Source: Azolla caroliniana (taxonomy: Eukaryota > Plantae > Polypodiophyta). Taken from it: a stretch of DNA of 64,000 bases. A model generated the notes under the pieces. The model did not search any database, was not told where the DNA came from, and worked only from the letters and a program-made list of their open reading frames with translations. Shown here piece after piece: positions 35,997 to 48,714 of the stretch. The stretch's first letter is position 1, and the number at the start of each line of letters is the position of its first letter. The stretch is taken from contig JBHGNT010000004.1 of the NCBI GenBank assembly GCA_043228905.1, positions 9,796,001 through 9,860,000 on the forward strand. Reading direction: 5' to 3'. The translations under genes were made by a program, and so were the position numbers.

Positions 35997-36694
35997 TGTT
36001 GGTAGACAGGTCCCTCCGGATGGGAAGGGAGAAGAACAGTGCCAACGGTATGAACCGGATGGGGAGAACCCGACTTCGGAGAGTCGGATGGTGTAGGCCC
36101 GATATGAACCGGATGAGGAGTGCCCGACTGCGGAGAGTCGGATGGTGTAGGCCCGATATGAACCGGATGAGGAGTACCCGACTGCGGAGAGTCGGATGGT
36201 GTAGGCCCGGTATGAACCGGATGAGGAGTACCCGACTGCAGAGAGCCGGATGGAGCCCATCGAGGCTACATTTGTAAATAGCCAAAAAGTCATATTAGTA
36301 TAAATATGACTTAGGGCAAACTTTTTTTTGGGGTAGTTGTTGTTGTTTTTTTTTGTTGTTGGTGCAAGAAGAAATCAGTGTGTGTAACTGTACAGAGTAA
36401 GAGAGAGAGAGAGAGACGAGGTCGTTGCCTCTGTTGTAACCGCCGCCTGTGGCGAAGATCTGAGAGCACGAGGTCGTTGCCTCAGTGATCTCACTGTTGT
36501 ATATTTCTGCATAGTGACAGTTTGCAGCTTGTGGGCTGTCGTGGTTTTTCCCCCTATTTTGGGGTTTTCCACGTATACCTCCTGTGCACCATTTCTCCTC
36601 TTTTGTGTAGCGTTTCATTACCTGTTTTTCTGTGTATGTAAAGAATCTCGGTTGTGGCCGAGCGTCGGACATAAGGAACGTCGAGTTCTCAACA
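35997..36694 (+). repeat. 5' LTR of Copia-F with a 54-bp U3 tandem repeat (~3.7 copies)
   Basis: Repeat unit tatgaaccggatgaggagtacccgactgcggagagtcggatggtgtaggcccga. Confidence 0.95.
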
Positions 36695-36725
36695 AGTGGT
36701 ATCAGAGCAAAATCGACACAGAAAA

Positions 36726-39700
36726 TGGACGAATCGTTTGGCGGCATGTTCAAGCTCACCGGCTCCAACTATTCAGTGTGGAAGTCGAAGATGAGGGACA
36801 TGCTCGTGGTTAAAGACCTCTGGCTGCCGGTTCAGTTCGGGGACAAGAGACCGGACAAAATCGACGCCGCGATATGGGAGGTGATGCACATGAAGACAAC
36901 GGCGTACATACGGTGCTTCATCGACATGAGCCTGTACAACAACTTCAATGAAGAGAGCAAGGCTCATGAGCTCTGGGAGAAGATCGGCATGATGTTCCAG
37001 AACAAAAATGCTGTCAATCAGGCGTCGGTATTCCGGAAGCTTGTAAGACTCCGGTACCAAGATGGCTCCAGCATGGCGGAGCATATGAATGCCTTCCAGG
37101 GGCTGATTCACCAGGCAACGTCATTGGAAGTACCTCTTGCCGATGAGGTCCTAGCGCTACTCCTGCTCGGTTCCCTCCCGAATAGCTGGGAGACGTTAGT
37201 TGTTACTTTGGGCAACGCCGGCCCGGAAGGAAAACGGCTATCCCTAGCAAGATGAGGAGGCTCGTCGGAAAGACAAAGATACGAGCTCCGACTCCAAAGC
37301 GCTCCTTACCGAATCGGAACGCGGAAGACATAGAAACCGTAGTCCCCTGAACCGGGAGAAGTCGGGGACACGATCAAAGTCAAGGGGGGGGCCGACTTGC
37401 TTCTATTGCGGCAAGCCGGGACACTTCCAAAAGAACTGTCGGCATTTCCGTAAAGACAAGGAAACCGACGGTACCGATTCGAAGCAAACCCCGAACCAGA
37501 ACGGTAAAGACCGGAGGGGTCCGGACCGGAAGGGAACGACGGCAATTGCGGCAAGTGAAGAGGAGTTGATGCTCATCACCGAGGAGAGTGAGATAAACCA
37601 TGTCGGCGATGAGATGACCTGGGTGGTAGACTCCGGAGCGTCGTTCCACCTTACCCCGGACCGGAAATGCTTCTCATCCTACTCAGCCGGTGATCACGGC
37701 TGTGTCCGGATGGGGAATGAAGGAACATGCCGAATTGTCGGCATAGGAGACGTGTGGCTGACAACACCAACCGGATGCAAGTTGCTGTTGAAAGATGTCC
37801 GACACGTTCCGGAAGTACGTCTGAACCTGATATCAGCCGGTCAGCTAGATGATGAAGGCTACACGGGTAGCATCCGGAACGGTGTCATGAAGTTCAGCAA
37901 AGGGAGCCTGATTGTGGCTCGGGCCCGGAAGGTAAACACACTGTACCTGATGAATGCCCGGTTATGTCCGGAAGAAGTGAACGTGGCTTCCGACACTACC
38001 GGTGAGCTGTGGCACAAGAGGCTATGTCACATGAGTGAGAAGGGGATGAAGAGGCTTGGAGACGACAACCTCATTCCAGTGAAGAACGTGCACTTAGAGA
38101 AGTGCACTGATTGTCTGGCCGGTAAGCAAAACCGGACCTCCTTCCGACCAAGGCCACCGATGAGACGTAATGCACCACTGGAGTTGGTGCATACGGATGT
38201 TTGTCAAGTAGACACGAAGTCACATGCCGGAGCGCAGTACTTCGTGACGTTCATAGATGACCACAGCCGGAAGCTGTGGGCCACACCACTGAAGACGAAG
38301 GATCAAGTGTTATCCGTCTTCAAAGAGCTCCACGCGAGAGTGGAAAGAGAAACCGGCAGGAAGCTGAAGGCGGTTCGAGCAGATAACGGAGGTGAGTACC
38401 GGGGGCAGTTCGAGGAGTACTGCCGCTCGAAGGGAATCCGGCTCGAATTTACCGTGCCGAAGACGCCGGAGCTAAACGGACTAGCCGAGAGGATGAACCG
38501 GACCATAATGGAGAGGGTCCGGAGTATGCTAGCGCATGCAAAACTACCCAAGAAGTTTTGGGCTGAGGCACTGTCGACGGCGACATATGTGATAAACAGA
38601 TCACCCTCAGTGCCCCTGGACGGAGACACGCCACAGAGAGTATGGACCAGTAAGGAAGTGTCCTACCAGCATCTAAGGGTGTTCGGGTGTCTCGTGTACG
38701 TGCATGTAGCAAAGGACCGAAGAGGAAAGCTAGATCCAAAGACCCGGCCATGCATATTCCTCGGTTACGGTGACGACGAGTTCGGCTACCGAGTGTGGGA
38801 CCCGGTCGACAAGAAGGTATTCCGGAGTCGAGATATTATCTTCATGGAGGACAAGACGCTCGCCGACTGGGAGTTGGAGAAGAAGATAGTGAACTCCGAG
38901 TCGACCGGTAAGGATAGACTCTACAATGAGCAGACCCAACCGGCAAGAGACCGGTTAGCACTCGAGGAACCAGCCGGTTACGGTGAGGATACCGAACCGG
39001 CAGAAGGAGAAGTAGAGGAAGTTGAGACCGGAACCGGTCAAGATCCCGAATCGGATTCGGATGAAGAGCAAATGGAGGAACCGATTACCGAAGCCCGAAG
39101 ACGTAGATATCCTCTCAGAGAGAGAAGGGCGCCCCGGAGATTTCCGGATGCAGAGCATGTCCTGCTAACCGATGAGGGGGAGCCGGAAAGCTTCGAAGAA
39201 GCGAAGGAAGACACCCACAGCCGAAAATGGTTAAGTGCCATGCAGGATGAGATGGATTCCCTGCATGAGAACCATACGTACGAATTGGTGGAGCTGCCGA
39301 AAGAAAAGCGGGCACTCTGAAACAAGTGGGTGTTCAAGTTGAAACCGGGAGATGCCGGCAACCCCCTGAGATACAAAGCCAGGATCGTGGTGAAGGGGTT
39401 CCAACAGAAGAAGGGCGTGGACTTCGACGAAATATTCGCCCCGGTAGTAAAGATGACCTCCATCCGGATGGTGCTGAGTATAGCAGCAAGCATGGATCTC
39501 GAGGTAGAGCAGCTGGATGTGAAGACGACATTCCTCCACGGCGACCTCGAAGAGGAAATCTACATGCAGCAACCGGAAGGATTTGTGGAGAAAGGGAAGG
39601 AGCACCTGGTATGCCGGTTGAAGAAGAGCCTGTACGGACTGAAGCTGGCTCCCCAGCAATGGTATCGGAAGTTCGACTCCTTCATGACCAATCAAGGGTA

Positions 39701-40751
39701 CCATAAGACGCAGGCCGATCACTGCGTGTTTGTGAAGAAGTTCGAAGGAGGGGACTTCCTGATACTCCTCCTGTACGTGGATGACATGTTGATCGTCGGA
39801 CGAGACAAAGGCAAAATACGGATGCTGAAGAAGGCTCTCAATCGGACCTTCTCAGTGAAAGACCTGGGTCCGACAATACAGATGTTGGGGATGCACATCA
39901 TTCGGGACCGGTCAGTGAAGCAACTATGGCTGTCACAGGAGAAGTATGTGACAAAGGTGCTTCACCGGTTCAACATGTCAGATGCAAAACCGGTCGGATC
40001 GACACTTCCGGCAAACTGCAAGTTGTCCGGCAAGCAAAGCCCGAAGACAAAGGGAGAGAAGGAAGATATGATGAAGATTCCATATGCCTCTACCATCGGG
40101 AGCTTGATGTACGCCATGGTTTGTACCCGACCGGACATTGGATACGCAGTCGGAGTGGTGAGCCGGTTCATGAGCAATCCCGGCAAGCAGCATTGGAATG
40201 CGGTCAAATGGATACTCCGGTATTTGAAGGGCACTTCAAATATGTGTCTCCAATTCGGCTCCGGAAAACCTCAACTGGACGGTTTCACCGATTCGGACAT
40301 GTCGGCTGATGTGGATACCAGCCGGTCTACATCCGGGTATGTGATGACATATGCAGGGGGAGCTGTTTCGTGGCAGTCGAGGCTGCAGAAGACGGTTGCA
40401 TTGTCAACCACAGAGGCGGAGTACATGGCGGCTGTAGAAGCCGGCAAGGAAATATTATGGATGAAGGACTTCATCGGAGAGCTCGGTATCCGGCAAAAGG
40501 AATACCGACTCTACTGCGACAGTCAAAGTGCCATCCACCTTGCTAAGAATGCGGCCTACCATTCCCGGACGAAGCATATCCAGCGGAGGTATCACTGGAT
40601 CCGGGAAAGGGTAGATGACCAGGAGTTCGCATTGGCGAAGATCCACACGGCCGAGCACGGGTCAGATATGCTGACCAAAGTGCTGACACCCGACAAGCTG
40701 GACGCATGCCGGAAGAGGATCGAGCTGGAAAGACACCCCATGCCGGAGTGA
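36726..40751 (+). pseudogene. Copia-F gag-pol, broken by a small deletion/frameshift (~37255) and a premature TGA (39318-39320)
   Basis: ORF pieces 36632-37255, 37566-39320 and 39330-40751 are colinear with the intact 48715-52791 polyprotein. Motifs: DSGAS, DNGGEY, LYVDDML, DSDMS..AEY. Confidence 0.93.
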
Positions 40752-40761
40752 AGGGGGAGTT

Positions 40762-41460
40762 TGTTGGTAGACAGGTCCCTCCGGATGGGAAGGGAGAAGA
40801 ACAGTGCCAACGGTATGAACCGGATGGGGAGAACCTGACTTCGGAGAGTCGGATGGTGTAGGCCCGATATGAACCGGATGAGGAGTGCCCGACTGCGGAG
40901 AGTCGGATGGTGTAGGCCCGATATGAACCGGATGAGGAGTACCCGACTGCGGAGAGTCGGATGGTGTAGGCCCGGTATGAACCGGATGAGGAGTACCCGA
41001 CTGCGGAGAGCCGGATGGAGCCCATCGAGGCTACATTTGTAAATAGCCGAAAAGTCATATTAGTATAAATATGACTTAGGGCAAACTTTTTTTTGGGGTA
41101 GTTGTTGTTGTTGTTTCTTTTTGTTGTTGGTGCAAGAAGAAATCAGTGTGTGTAACTGTACAGAGTAAGAGAGAGAGAGAGACGAGGTCGTTGCCTCTGT
41201 TGTAACCGCCGCTTGTGGCGAATATCTGAGAGCACGAGGTCGTTGCCTCAGTGATCTCACTGTTGTATATTTCTGCATAGTGACAGTTTGCAGCTTGTGG
41301 GCTGCCGTGGTTTTTCCCCCTATTTTGGGGTTTTCCACGTATACCTCCTGTGCACCATTTCTCCTCTTTTGTGTAGCGTTTCATTACCTGTTTTTCTGTG
41401 TATGTAAAGAATCTCGGTTGTGGCCGAGCGTCGGACATAAGGAACGTCGAGTTCTCAACA
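40762..41460 (+). repeat. 3' LTR of Copia-F
   Basis: Direct repeat of 35997-36694. Confidence 0.95.
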
Positions 41461-44328
41461 TCTACAACAAATGGGAATTCGGCGTGAATTCAGTTGCAAG
41501 TATATGCCGGAGCAAAACGGCGTAGCTGAAAGGAAGAATTGGTCGGTTGTGGAAGCGGCACGGGCAATGCTGGAAGAAAAGAGCATGCCCAAGTTCTATT
41601 GGGCCGAAGCAGTCCGAACTGTGGTCTACATCCAAAATCGGATTGGCAAAAAAGTGTCAGCACATGAGCTGTATTTCGGAAGGATGCCGAATCTACGTCA
41701 TTTGAGGGTTTTCGGTAGCATCGCGTGTGTGCATGTGCCAAAGGAGAAGTGGAGGACACTAGATGCGAAAGCCAAGAAGTGTATCTTGGTCGGCTATTCG
41801 GATGAAAAAAAGGGTTAGAAGTGTTATAACCCCCGAACCAAACAAGCTCACGTAAGTCGCGATGTCGTATTCGATGAGTCTGCGTCTTGGTACTTGTCCC
41901 CAACTCCAGACCTCAACTACAATCCGAGTTCTGAAGATGAGGTCAGCAAGGCGAAGATGCCTCCTGATGAACGCGAAGTCGGAACTCTTGAAGAGAGTCC
42001 GATCTCCTTTTGGCTAAATGGATCGAATAAGTGACTAAGTCGGCGAGTAGTGGAGACTCGGCCGTGCATTTCCTGCACAGGAAGCCGTAGAGACGACTTA
42101 CACACAAAGAAAAGGGAAAGAAGAAGATGTCGGAGTACGACACGGATAGGGATGAGTCGGATCGACGTGAATCCGACTCCGAGAAGAGCGATGACGTGCC
42201 TTCAAGATTGACGCCCGCGTCGACCAATATGGCCTCAACATCGTCTAATGAACAATTACGTTGATCTATCTAATAGAAGAACCCTGGTGTGCAGTTCGGA
42301 TACAACGAGTACATGGTGCATCACTATGCATACATGACACGTGTAGCGGAAGTGCCTGAGCCGGAGAGCTACGCAAAAGCGGCAAAGAACGCTAATTGGC
42401 GTGCCGCCATGGAGGAAGAGATGAATACACTTGCCGAGAATGAAACTTGGAACCTGGTTGACGCCCCCAAGGGTGTAAATTCGATGGGATGCAGGTGGGT
42501 GTACAAGATCAAGTACAACACCGACAGTTTGGTCAACCGATACAACGCCCGGTTAGTAGCAAAAGGCTATGCGCAACAACATGGCATCGATTACGATGAG
42601 ACGTTGGCGCTGTTCGTGCAGATGACGATCGTCCGTGTTTTGCTAGCAGTAGTTGCGGCGAAGGGGTGGCACATACATCTAATGGATGTAAAATGAGTTC
42701 CTGCAAGGCGAGCTTGAGGAACAAGTGTACGTGGTACAGCCCCCTAGATTTCACTCTGGAACAAACACTTCGGCGGTATGCCGGTTGAAGAAGTCCCTTT
42801 ACGGACTAAAGCAAGCCCTGCATGCCTGGAATGCAAACATCACGCAACAATTGCGTCGGATGGGATTTGCGATGTCCAAATCGGACTCTTCATTGTTTGT
42901 CTGGTAAAGTTGACTTGGGCCGGTTAGTATTTTACTTTATGTTGATGACTTGGTCATCGCCGGCGTCGACCTAGGTGAAATTGATCGCGTAAAGCTCTAG
43001 CTTGTGGCATCATTTGATATGAAGGACCGGGGGGACCTTCATTACTTTCTCGGGATCAAAGTGATCCGAACCCCCGGAGACATATTGATCAGCCAACGGC
43101 ATTACGTGCTGAGTATGCTCTTCAAGTTCGGGATGGTGGCCTGTAAGTCTGTCTCAACTCCTCTGGACAGAACCGTGAAGCTTCGCCCTGACTCCGTAAA
43201 GGTCTGCAACCCGAAAAGGTTCCGACAGATTGTCGGAAGCCTCATATACTTGACTAGCACCCGGCCGGACCTCAGTTACCCAGTCGGCTTGATTAGTCGG
43301 TTCATGGCACGGCCAACCAAGGAGCACCTCAAGTATGCGCAACGCGTTGGTACGTCAGTGGCACTAAGGACCGGGGGCTACTATATCGGACCGCTACTAC
43401 CGTTCAACTAGTCGGCTATATAGATGTCGACTGGGCCGGAAACGTCGGTGATCGCCGATCCACATACGGATTCACGTTCTCCCTTGGGAGTGCCGCGATC
43501 GCGTGGAGTAGCAAGAAGCAGCTGACAGTTGCATTGTCGAGCATAGAGGCTAAGTATCGAGGAGCAGTTGTCACAACATGCGAAGCCATATGGCTGAAGT
43601 GGCTACTTAAGGATCTACAGGTGGACGTGTCTGATCCGACGACGATCTACTCCGACAACCGCAACAACATCCAACTTGCGAAGAACCCCGTCTTCCACGC
43701 CCAGACTAAGCACGTTGAGGTGCACTACCACTTTGTCCGTGAGCGTGTTCTCTCTGGTGAAGTTGAACTTCAATATGTTTCGATGGATCGGCAAACCGCT
43801 GACATTTTCACCAAGCCCGTTGGTCTGGACAAGTTGCGGCAATTCTTGGGTGCGCTTGAGTTGCGGCACCTTGATGTGCCGAACTTGAGGGGGAGAAAAG
43901 TCCCGCAAGACCAAGGAAAGAACAAGAAAGAAGCAGGAGTGACCGCGACATCAAACCGGATGACGAATTCGATTTAGTGTTGACTGAAGAAGCCGAAGGC
44001 GGATCCACAGAAGAGTCTGGAAGCGGACGAGAGGGCAGCAGCCGAAAGAAAGAGCCGGAGCCAAACAAACATGTGGGAGATGAAGCCAACAAGGCCGAGA
44101 AGGCCAAGATTGAGGACGAATTGGAGACAGCCAATTCGGACAAAAGCGGAGACGAATCGAAGGCCAAGCGGAATAAAGGGCAGTAGAAGAGGCACCAACA
44201 CCGTGATAGCAAGGGAGCTGGAAAAGGCCGCACGAGCAAACAAGCCAACCGAAAGGGTCAAGGCGCAGGGAATTGAACAGGTCGAGGAGTGCGAGCGAGG
44301 CATGAAGCCAAGAAAAACTGGAGGGAAG

Positions 44329-47272
44329 TGTTGGGGACAAGGTCGTCAGTGCGGAAGAACAAACAACATCTGTGATGTTGAAGGACCTATGTATGAGAAT
44401 GAACAAGATATACACAAATAGAGACAGAGAGAGATAGGCACAAAGAAATGTTTTATTTCTTAATAGCAACAGTTACAAATGACAACCGACCTTCACTAAA
44501 GGTTACAAAGTCACTTTATATAGTGACTATCCTAGGGCAACTGCCCTTTATGCTATTTACAGAAATAGCCCAAACTTGGGCTGTCCAAAGGGACAGTGTG
44601 AATACGGTCATTATACACTCGTATTCGACACTCCCTCGTAATGGGCGTATACATGGCTTATTTGGAATTACAAGTATATACAAAGTATATTGGACAGATC
44701 GGTTTTGTTCAAGTCGGCAAGATCTGAAGACAAAAAACTGAACCAGTCGGGTCGGAAGAGCTAAAGTCGATCCTCAAAGGACCGATGTCGGTTGTCCGAA
44801 ACCATCCTGTGCTGTGTGTCCGACTTTAACCGAACCGATTTTTCGTTACCCCCATCTGGGGCCGGAGGGACCGGAAGCGATCCGCCGAAAGACACTTGGG
44901 CATTCCATCTACGACATTACCGGTTATGGAAATCTTCTCGAGACCGATTTTCCGTGAAATGACGCAGTCCCGAACAAAGTGATATCAAACGTCGATATGC
45001 TTGGAGAACTGAGTGGTGAACCGGATTTTTTGACAAAGCAACAGCACCCTAACTATCTTTGTAGACAACTGGAGCCGAGTCTAGGTCGACTTGTCGAAAC
45101 GTGTGCGCCAACCGACCGAGCCATAAAGCTTCTTTTGCTGCGTCGGACGTAGCTACATATTCCACTTCGGTCGTTGAGGTGGCTGTGCACTCCTGAAGTT
45201 TCAACTTCCACAAGATTGCTCCATTGTCGAATTTGTAACAATATCCGGTCGTTGATTTCCGACTGTCTACGCATCCGGCGAAGTCCGAGTCGATGTAACC
45301 GACTATGCTTGAGGTTGAGTTCGGGTCAAAAAGAATATTGTGGTCTTTTGTGCTAGCTAGATATTTGAACGCATGCACACTGTCGAAAACTTATGAAAAG
45401 AAGGTCGCCGCGAGAAGATGTATCTAATCCGGTGCCTCTACAACTTGTGGATTAAAGAATGTCATGGTCTTTTGTGACAGCTAGATATCTGAATGCATGC
45501 TTGACTGCGTTCCAATACAATCAGCCTAGGTTGTGCATGAATCTACTAACGACTCCTACGACGTGAGAAATATCAGGCCGTGTCACGACCATCACGTACA
45601 TAAAGGAGCCGATTTCCGGTCCATACGATACGGACTTCATATCTTCCCCCTCCGGACCAGTTGTCAGGTCTCACTGAGATAACCGAAGGTTAATGGGGAG
45701 CGGGGTCGAAGCAGAGTTGGCCGACTGCATGTTGAAGCGTTCCAAGACACATCTGATGTAGTCGGTTTGAGACAAGAAAAGTTGTCGTTTATCGCGATGC
45801 CGACTAATCTTCATACCAAGTATGTGTCTTGCCGAACAGAGCTCCTTCATGGAAAACTTCAACCGCAATTTCCGAACGAGTTCAGTGAGCTCTCTGGCAT
45901 GTCGGCCGAAGAGTAGCACGTCGTCCACGTAAATGATGAGGAAGACAGGAGACCCGTCTTGAGTTGTTTTGGTGAAGAGACAGTAGTCCTCATCGCTCTT
46001 CGAGAAGCCGACCGACTGGATGAAGTCATCGAACTTCCTGTACCACTGTCGGGGTGCCTATTTCAGGCCGTATAAAGTCTTCCTGAGTTGGCAGACTAGA
46101 TGTTCCTAGTCAGATGCCACAAACCCTTTCAGCTACTCCATATAGATTTCCTCCTATAGGTCACCGTGGAGGAATGTCGTTTTTACATCTACCTGAATCA
46201 ACCACAAGTTGTCGGTGGCCACGACGTCGAGCATGAAACGAAGGGTTGTCATTTTCACCACTGGTGAAAAGATTTCGTCGAAGTTGACGCCATATTCTTG
46301 TCTAAATCCCTTCGCAACTAATCTGGCCTTGTACTTTGGGTTGGTCTAGTCAGACATCTCATTTAGTCGATAGACCCACTTACACGGAAGAGCACGTCGA
46401 TTCTTTGGCAATTCGACCAGGTCCCAAGTCTTGTTTGTGCGATTGGAGTGCATTTCCGACTCCATCGCCAGATGCCAGGTGGTTGAGTCGGCAGATGCTG
46501 ATGCTTCTTCGTAAGACATCAGTTCGCCGGCGTCGGTAAAGAAAATTCCGGGAGAGTACCTTTCTGGAGGTTGCGACAATCTCTCGGATCTTCGAGGTAT
46601 GACTGGACTGGTCCCACCAGGTATAGATGTCAGATGGTCGGAAGCCGAACCATTCAGTTATGCTCAATCAGTGGATTAAGGACGTGAGGTGTCGGTTACC
46701 CGTGAAACTGATCTCGTGTTGTGGGCTGGGCCTTCATGAAGGGTTGGCACTTCGGAAAATATTACCCTTCCGACTTCAATAGGCCTTTCGGCCGTTTTAT
46801 GCATAGCCGACTCGTTGAACACGACGTCCAAATTTCAGACAATTTGTCTACGCTTGGGGTCCCACAGTTGGTATCCGAACTCGCCGTCGAGTCCATATCC
46901 AAAGAAAACGCATTTCCTTGATCTTGGTTCAAGTTTCCGGCGGTCTTCTTTCGGTATGAAGGCATACGCCTCGCAACCGAAGATCCTCAGCTTGTCATAA
47001 TTCAGCTTACTACCGGTCCATGTTTCCTAAGGTATTTTAAGTCCTAGAGGTCTACTTGGCGACATATTTATTATGTGTACTATTGTAAGTAGAGCCTCCG
47101 CCCAGAAGCCATCCGACAGTCCGGAGTGTTGGAGCATGGATACTATCCGTTCTTGAATCGTCCGATTCATGCGTTTAGCAATTCCGTTCTGCTCCGAACT
47201 ATAGGGTGCCGTATATTCACGTGGTCTTCTGTGATGTTGAAGGACCTGTGTATGAGAATGAACAAGATACAC

Positions 47273-47303
<31 letters not shown>

Positions 47304-47499
47304 TAGGCACAAAGAAACGTTTTATTTCTGAATAGCAACAGTTTCAAATGACAACCGACCTTCACTAAAGGTTACAAAGTCACTTGATATAGTGACTATC
47401 CTAGGGCAACTGCCCTTTTTGCTATTTACAGAAATAACCCAAACTTGGGCTATCCAAAGGGACAGTGTGAATACGGACATTATACACTCGTATTCGACA
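44329..47499 (-). mobile_element. Copia-G: Copia-C-family element with gag/PR deleted, inserted in the 3' UTR of Copia-E
   Basis: 3' LTR 44329-44630; truncated 5' LTR ~47228-47499. Near-TSD GGAAG/CGAAG. Integrase, RT and RNase H remnants at 44900-47220. Confidence 0.9.
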
Positions 47500-47539
47500 C
47501 GAAGGATTGGAAGAGCCTCAGGTTGAGCTTGAGGGGGAG

Positions 47540-47993
47540 TGTTGAAATACAAGCTCAACATTGACCGGATCGGTTGTGCAAGTGGAGAACTGGATCAGTT
47601 TGGACCGATCGGTTAGGCCGGATCGGTGTGTAAACCCGTTCGTAAATTGGTGCGCAAACCGGTGTGCAACAAGAAGCCGGATCGGTGCGGAAATCGGGAG
47701 GCTGTTGAATAGATATTCTACGACGGAATATATTTGGGAGTTAGTGTAGGAGCTCAGTTATGAGCATTGAAGTACGTGTCAATACTTCTGCCAGTCCGTA
47801 TGGACTTGTATAAAAGTGTTCTTTGAGCACATCCTATGTACAGAGTTTACACATTATTCGAATTCAGTTTTTCTGTGTGTGTTTTCCTCTCACTCTCTCC
47901 CGTGTACATTGTGTCTTAAGCTCTCCATTAAACCTATTTTTTTCTCTGTGGGTATTATGTGTTTCGTATAGCTTCCGCACGTAACATTTCACA
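47540..47993 (+). repeat. 3' LTR of Copia-E
   Basis: TG..CA after the PPT; followed by the TSD CTCTA. Confidence 0.92.
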
Positions 47994-48096
47994 CTCTACC
48001 TCGAGGTCCATGCTTGCCGCTATGCCCAAAACCGTCCGTATGGATGTCATCTTTACTACGAGGGCAAAGATCTCATCGAAGTCTACTCCTTTCTTT

Positions 48097-48683
48097 TGTT
48101 GGGATTACGGTCCCTCCGGATGGGATGTCCGGAGATGAATGACGGCAAGCCCGGTTGCGGTTACGGAACCGGATGAAGAGTACCCGGCATGAAGCCGGAT
48201 GAAGAGTACCCGGATACGGATCCGGATGATGAAGACCCCGGCTACGGAGCCGGATGACGAATGTACCCGGAGAGAGAGATCCGGATGCAGGGCTATATTT
48301 GTAAATATCCCGAAAGTCATATATGTATAAATGTGACTTAGGGCAAACAGTTTTATGAGGTTGTTGCTTAATTTTCATGCGAAGTGAGAGCAGCCGAGAG
48401 AGAGAGAGAGAGAGAGACGAAGAGGTCGTTGCCTCTGTGTATTGCCGCCGCCTGTGGCGAAGACAGTGAGCTCAAGGTTGTTGCCTTGTAGCTTCACCAG
48501 TGTACATCCCTGTTCATAGTGATAGTTGGAGTTTGAGGCTCCCGTGGTTTTTCCCATTTAGGGTTTTCCACGTAAAACATCCAGTGTACCTTTCTCTCTA
48601 TTGTCTTTCGTGCATTGTTGTATTTCCCGTTTTCTGTGAATCGATCCTGTTCCTCGGTTGTGGCCGAGCACGGAATTTCAATA
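48097..48683 (+). repeat. 5' LTR of Copia-H (TG..TA)
   Basis: Direct repeat of 52802-53388. Confidence 0.97.
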
Positions 48684-48714
48684 AAGTGGTATCAGAGCGA
48701 CGATAACACAGAAG

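Larger units (their letters stand above)
35997..41460 (+). mobile_element. Copia-F: young, nearly intact Tork-like Copia with TSD TCTAC
   Basis: LTRs 35997-36694 and 40762-41460, differing by a few substitutions. TCTAC at 35992-35996 and 41461-41465. PBS 36697-36708; PPT aagggggag at 40751-40759. Confidence 0.97.
28050..47993 (+). mobile_element. Copia-E: degenerate full-length Copia (lineage of Copia-A/B) with TSD CTCTA; hosts three insertions
   Basis: LTRs 28050-28428 and 47540-47993. CTCTA at 28045-28049 and 47994-47998. PBS (tagtatcagagc) 28429-28440. Gag MASS|LPTDKLDRSNYASWSYKMHQYLL split at 28547/34229. Integrase split at 35996/41466. RT and RNase H 42290-43900. PPT gagggggag at 47531-47539. 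Confidence 0.93.

Noticed and set aside
36049-36255. CRISPR-like array
   Set aside because: Head-to-tail 54-bp tandem repeats with no unique spacers, inside a eukaryotic LTR, and no cas genes.
43900-44328. Extra E/K-rich ORF (env-like?) after Copia-E RNase H
   Set aside because: Only short (<120 aa) low-complexity ORFs in a purine-rich 3' region; no conserved motif or transmembrane segment.
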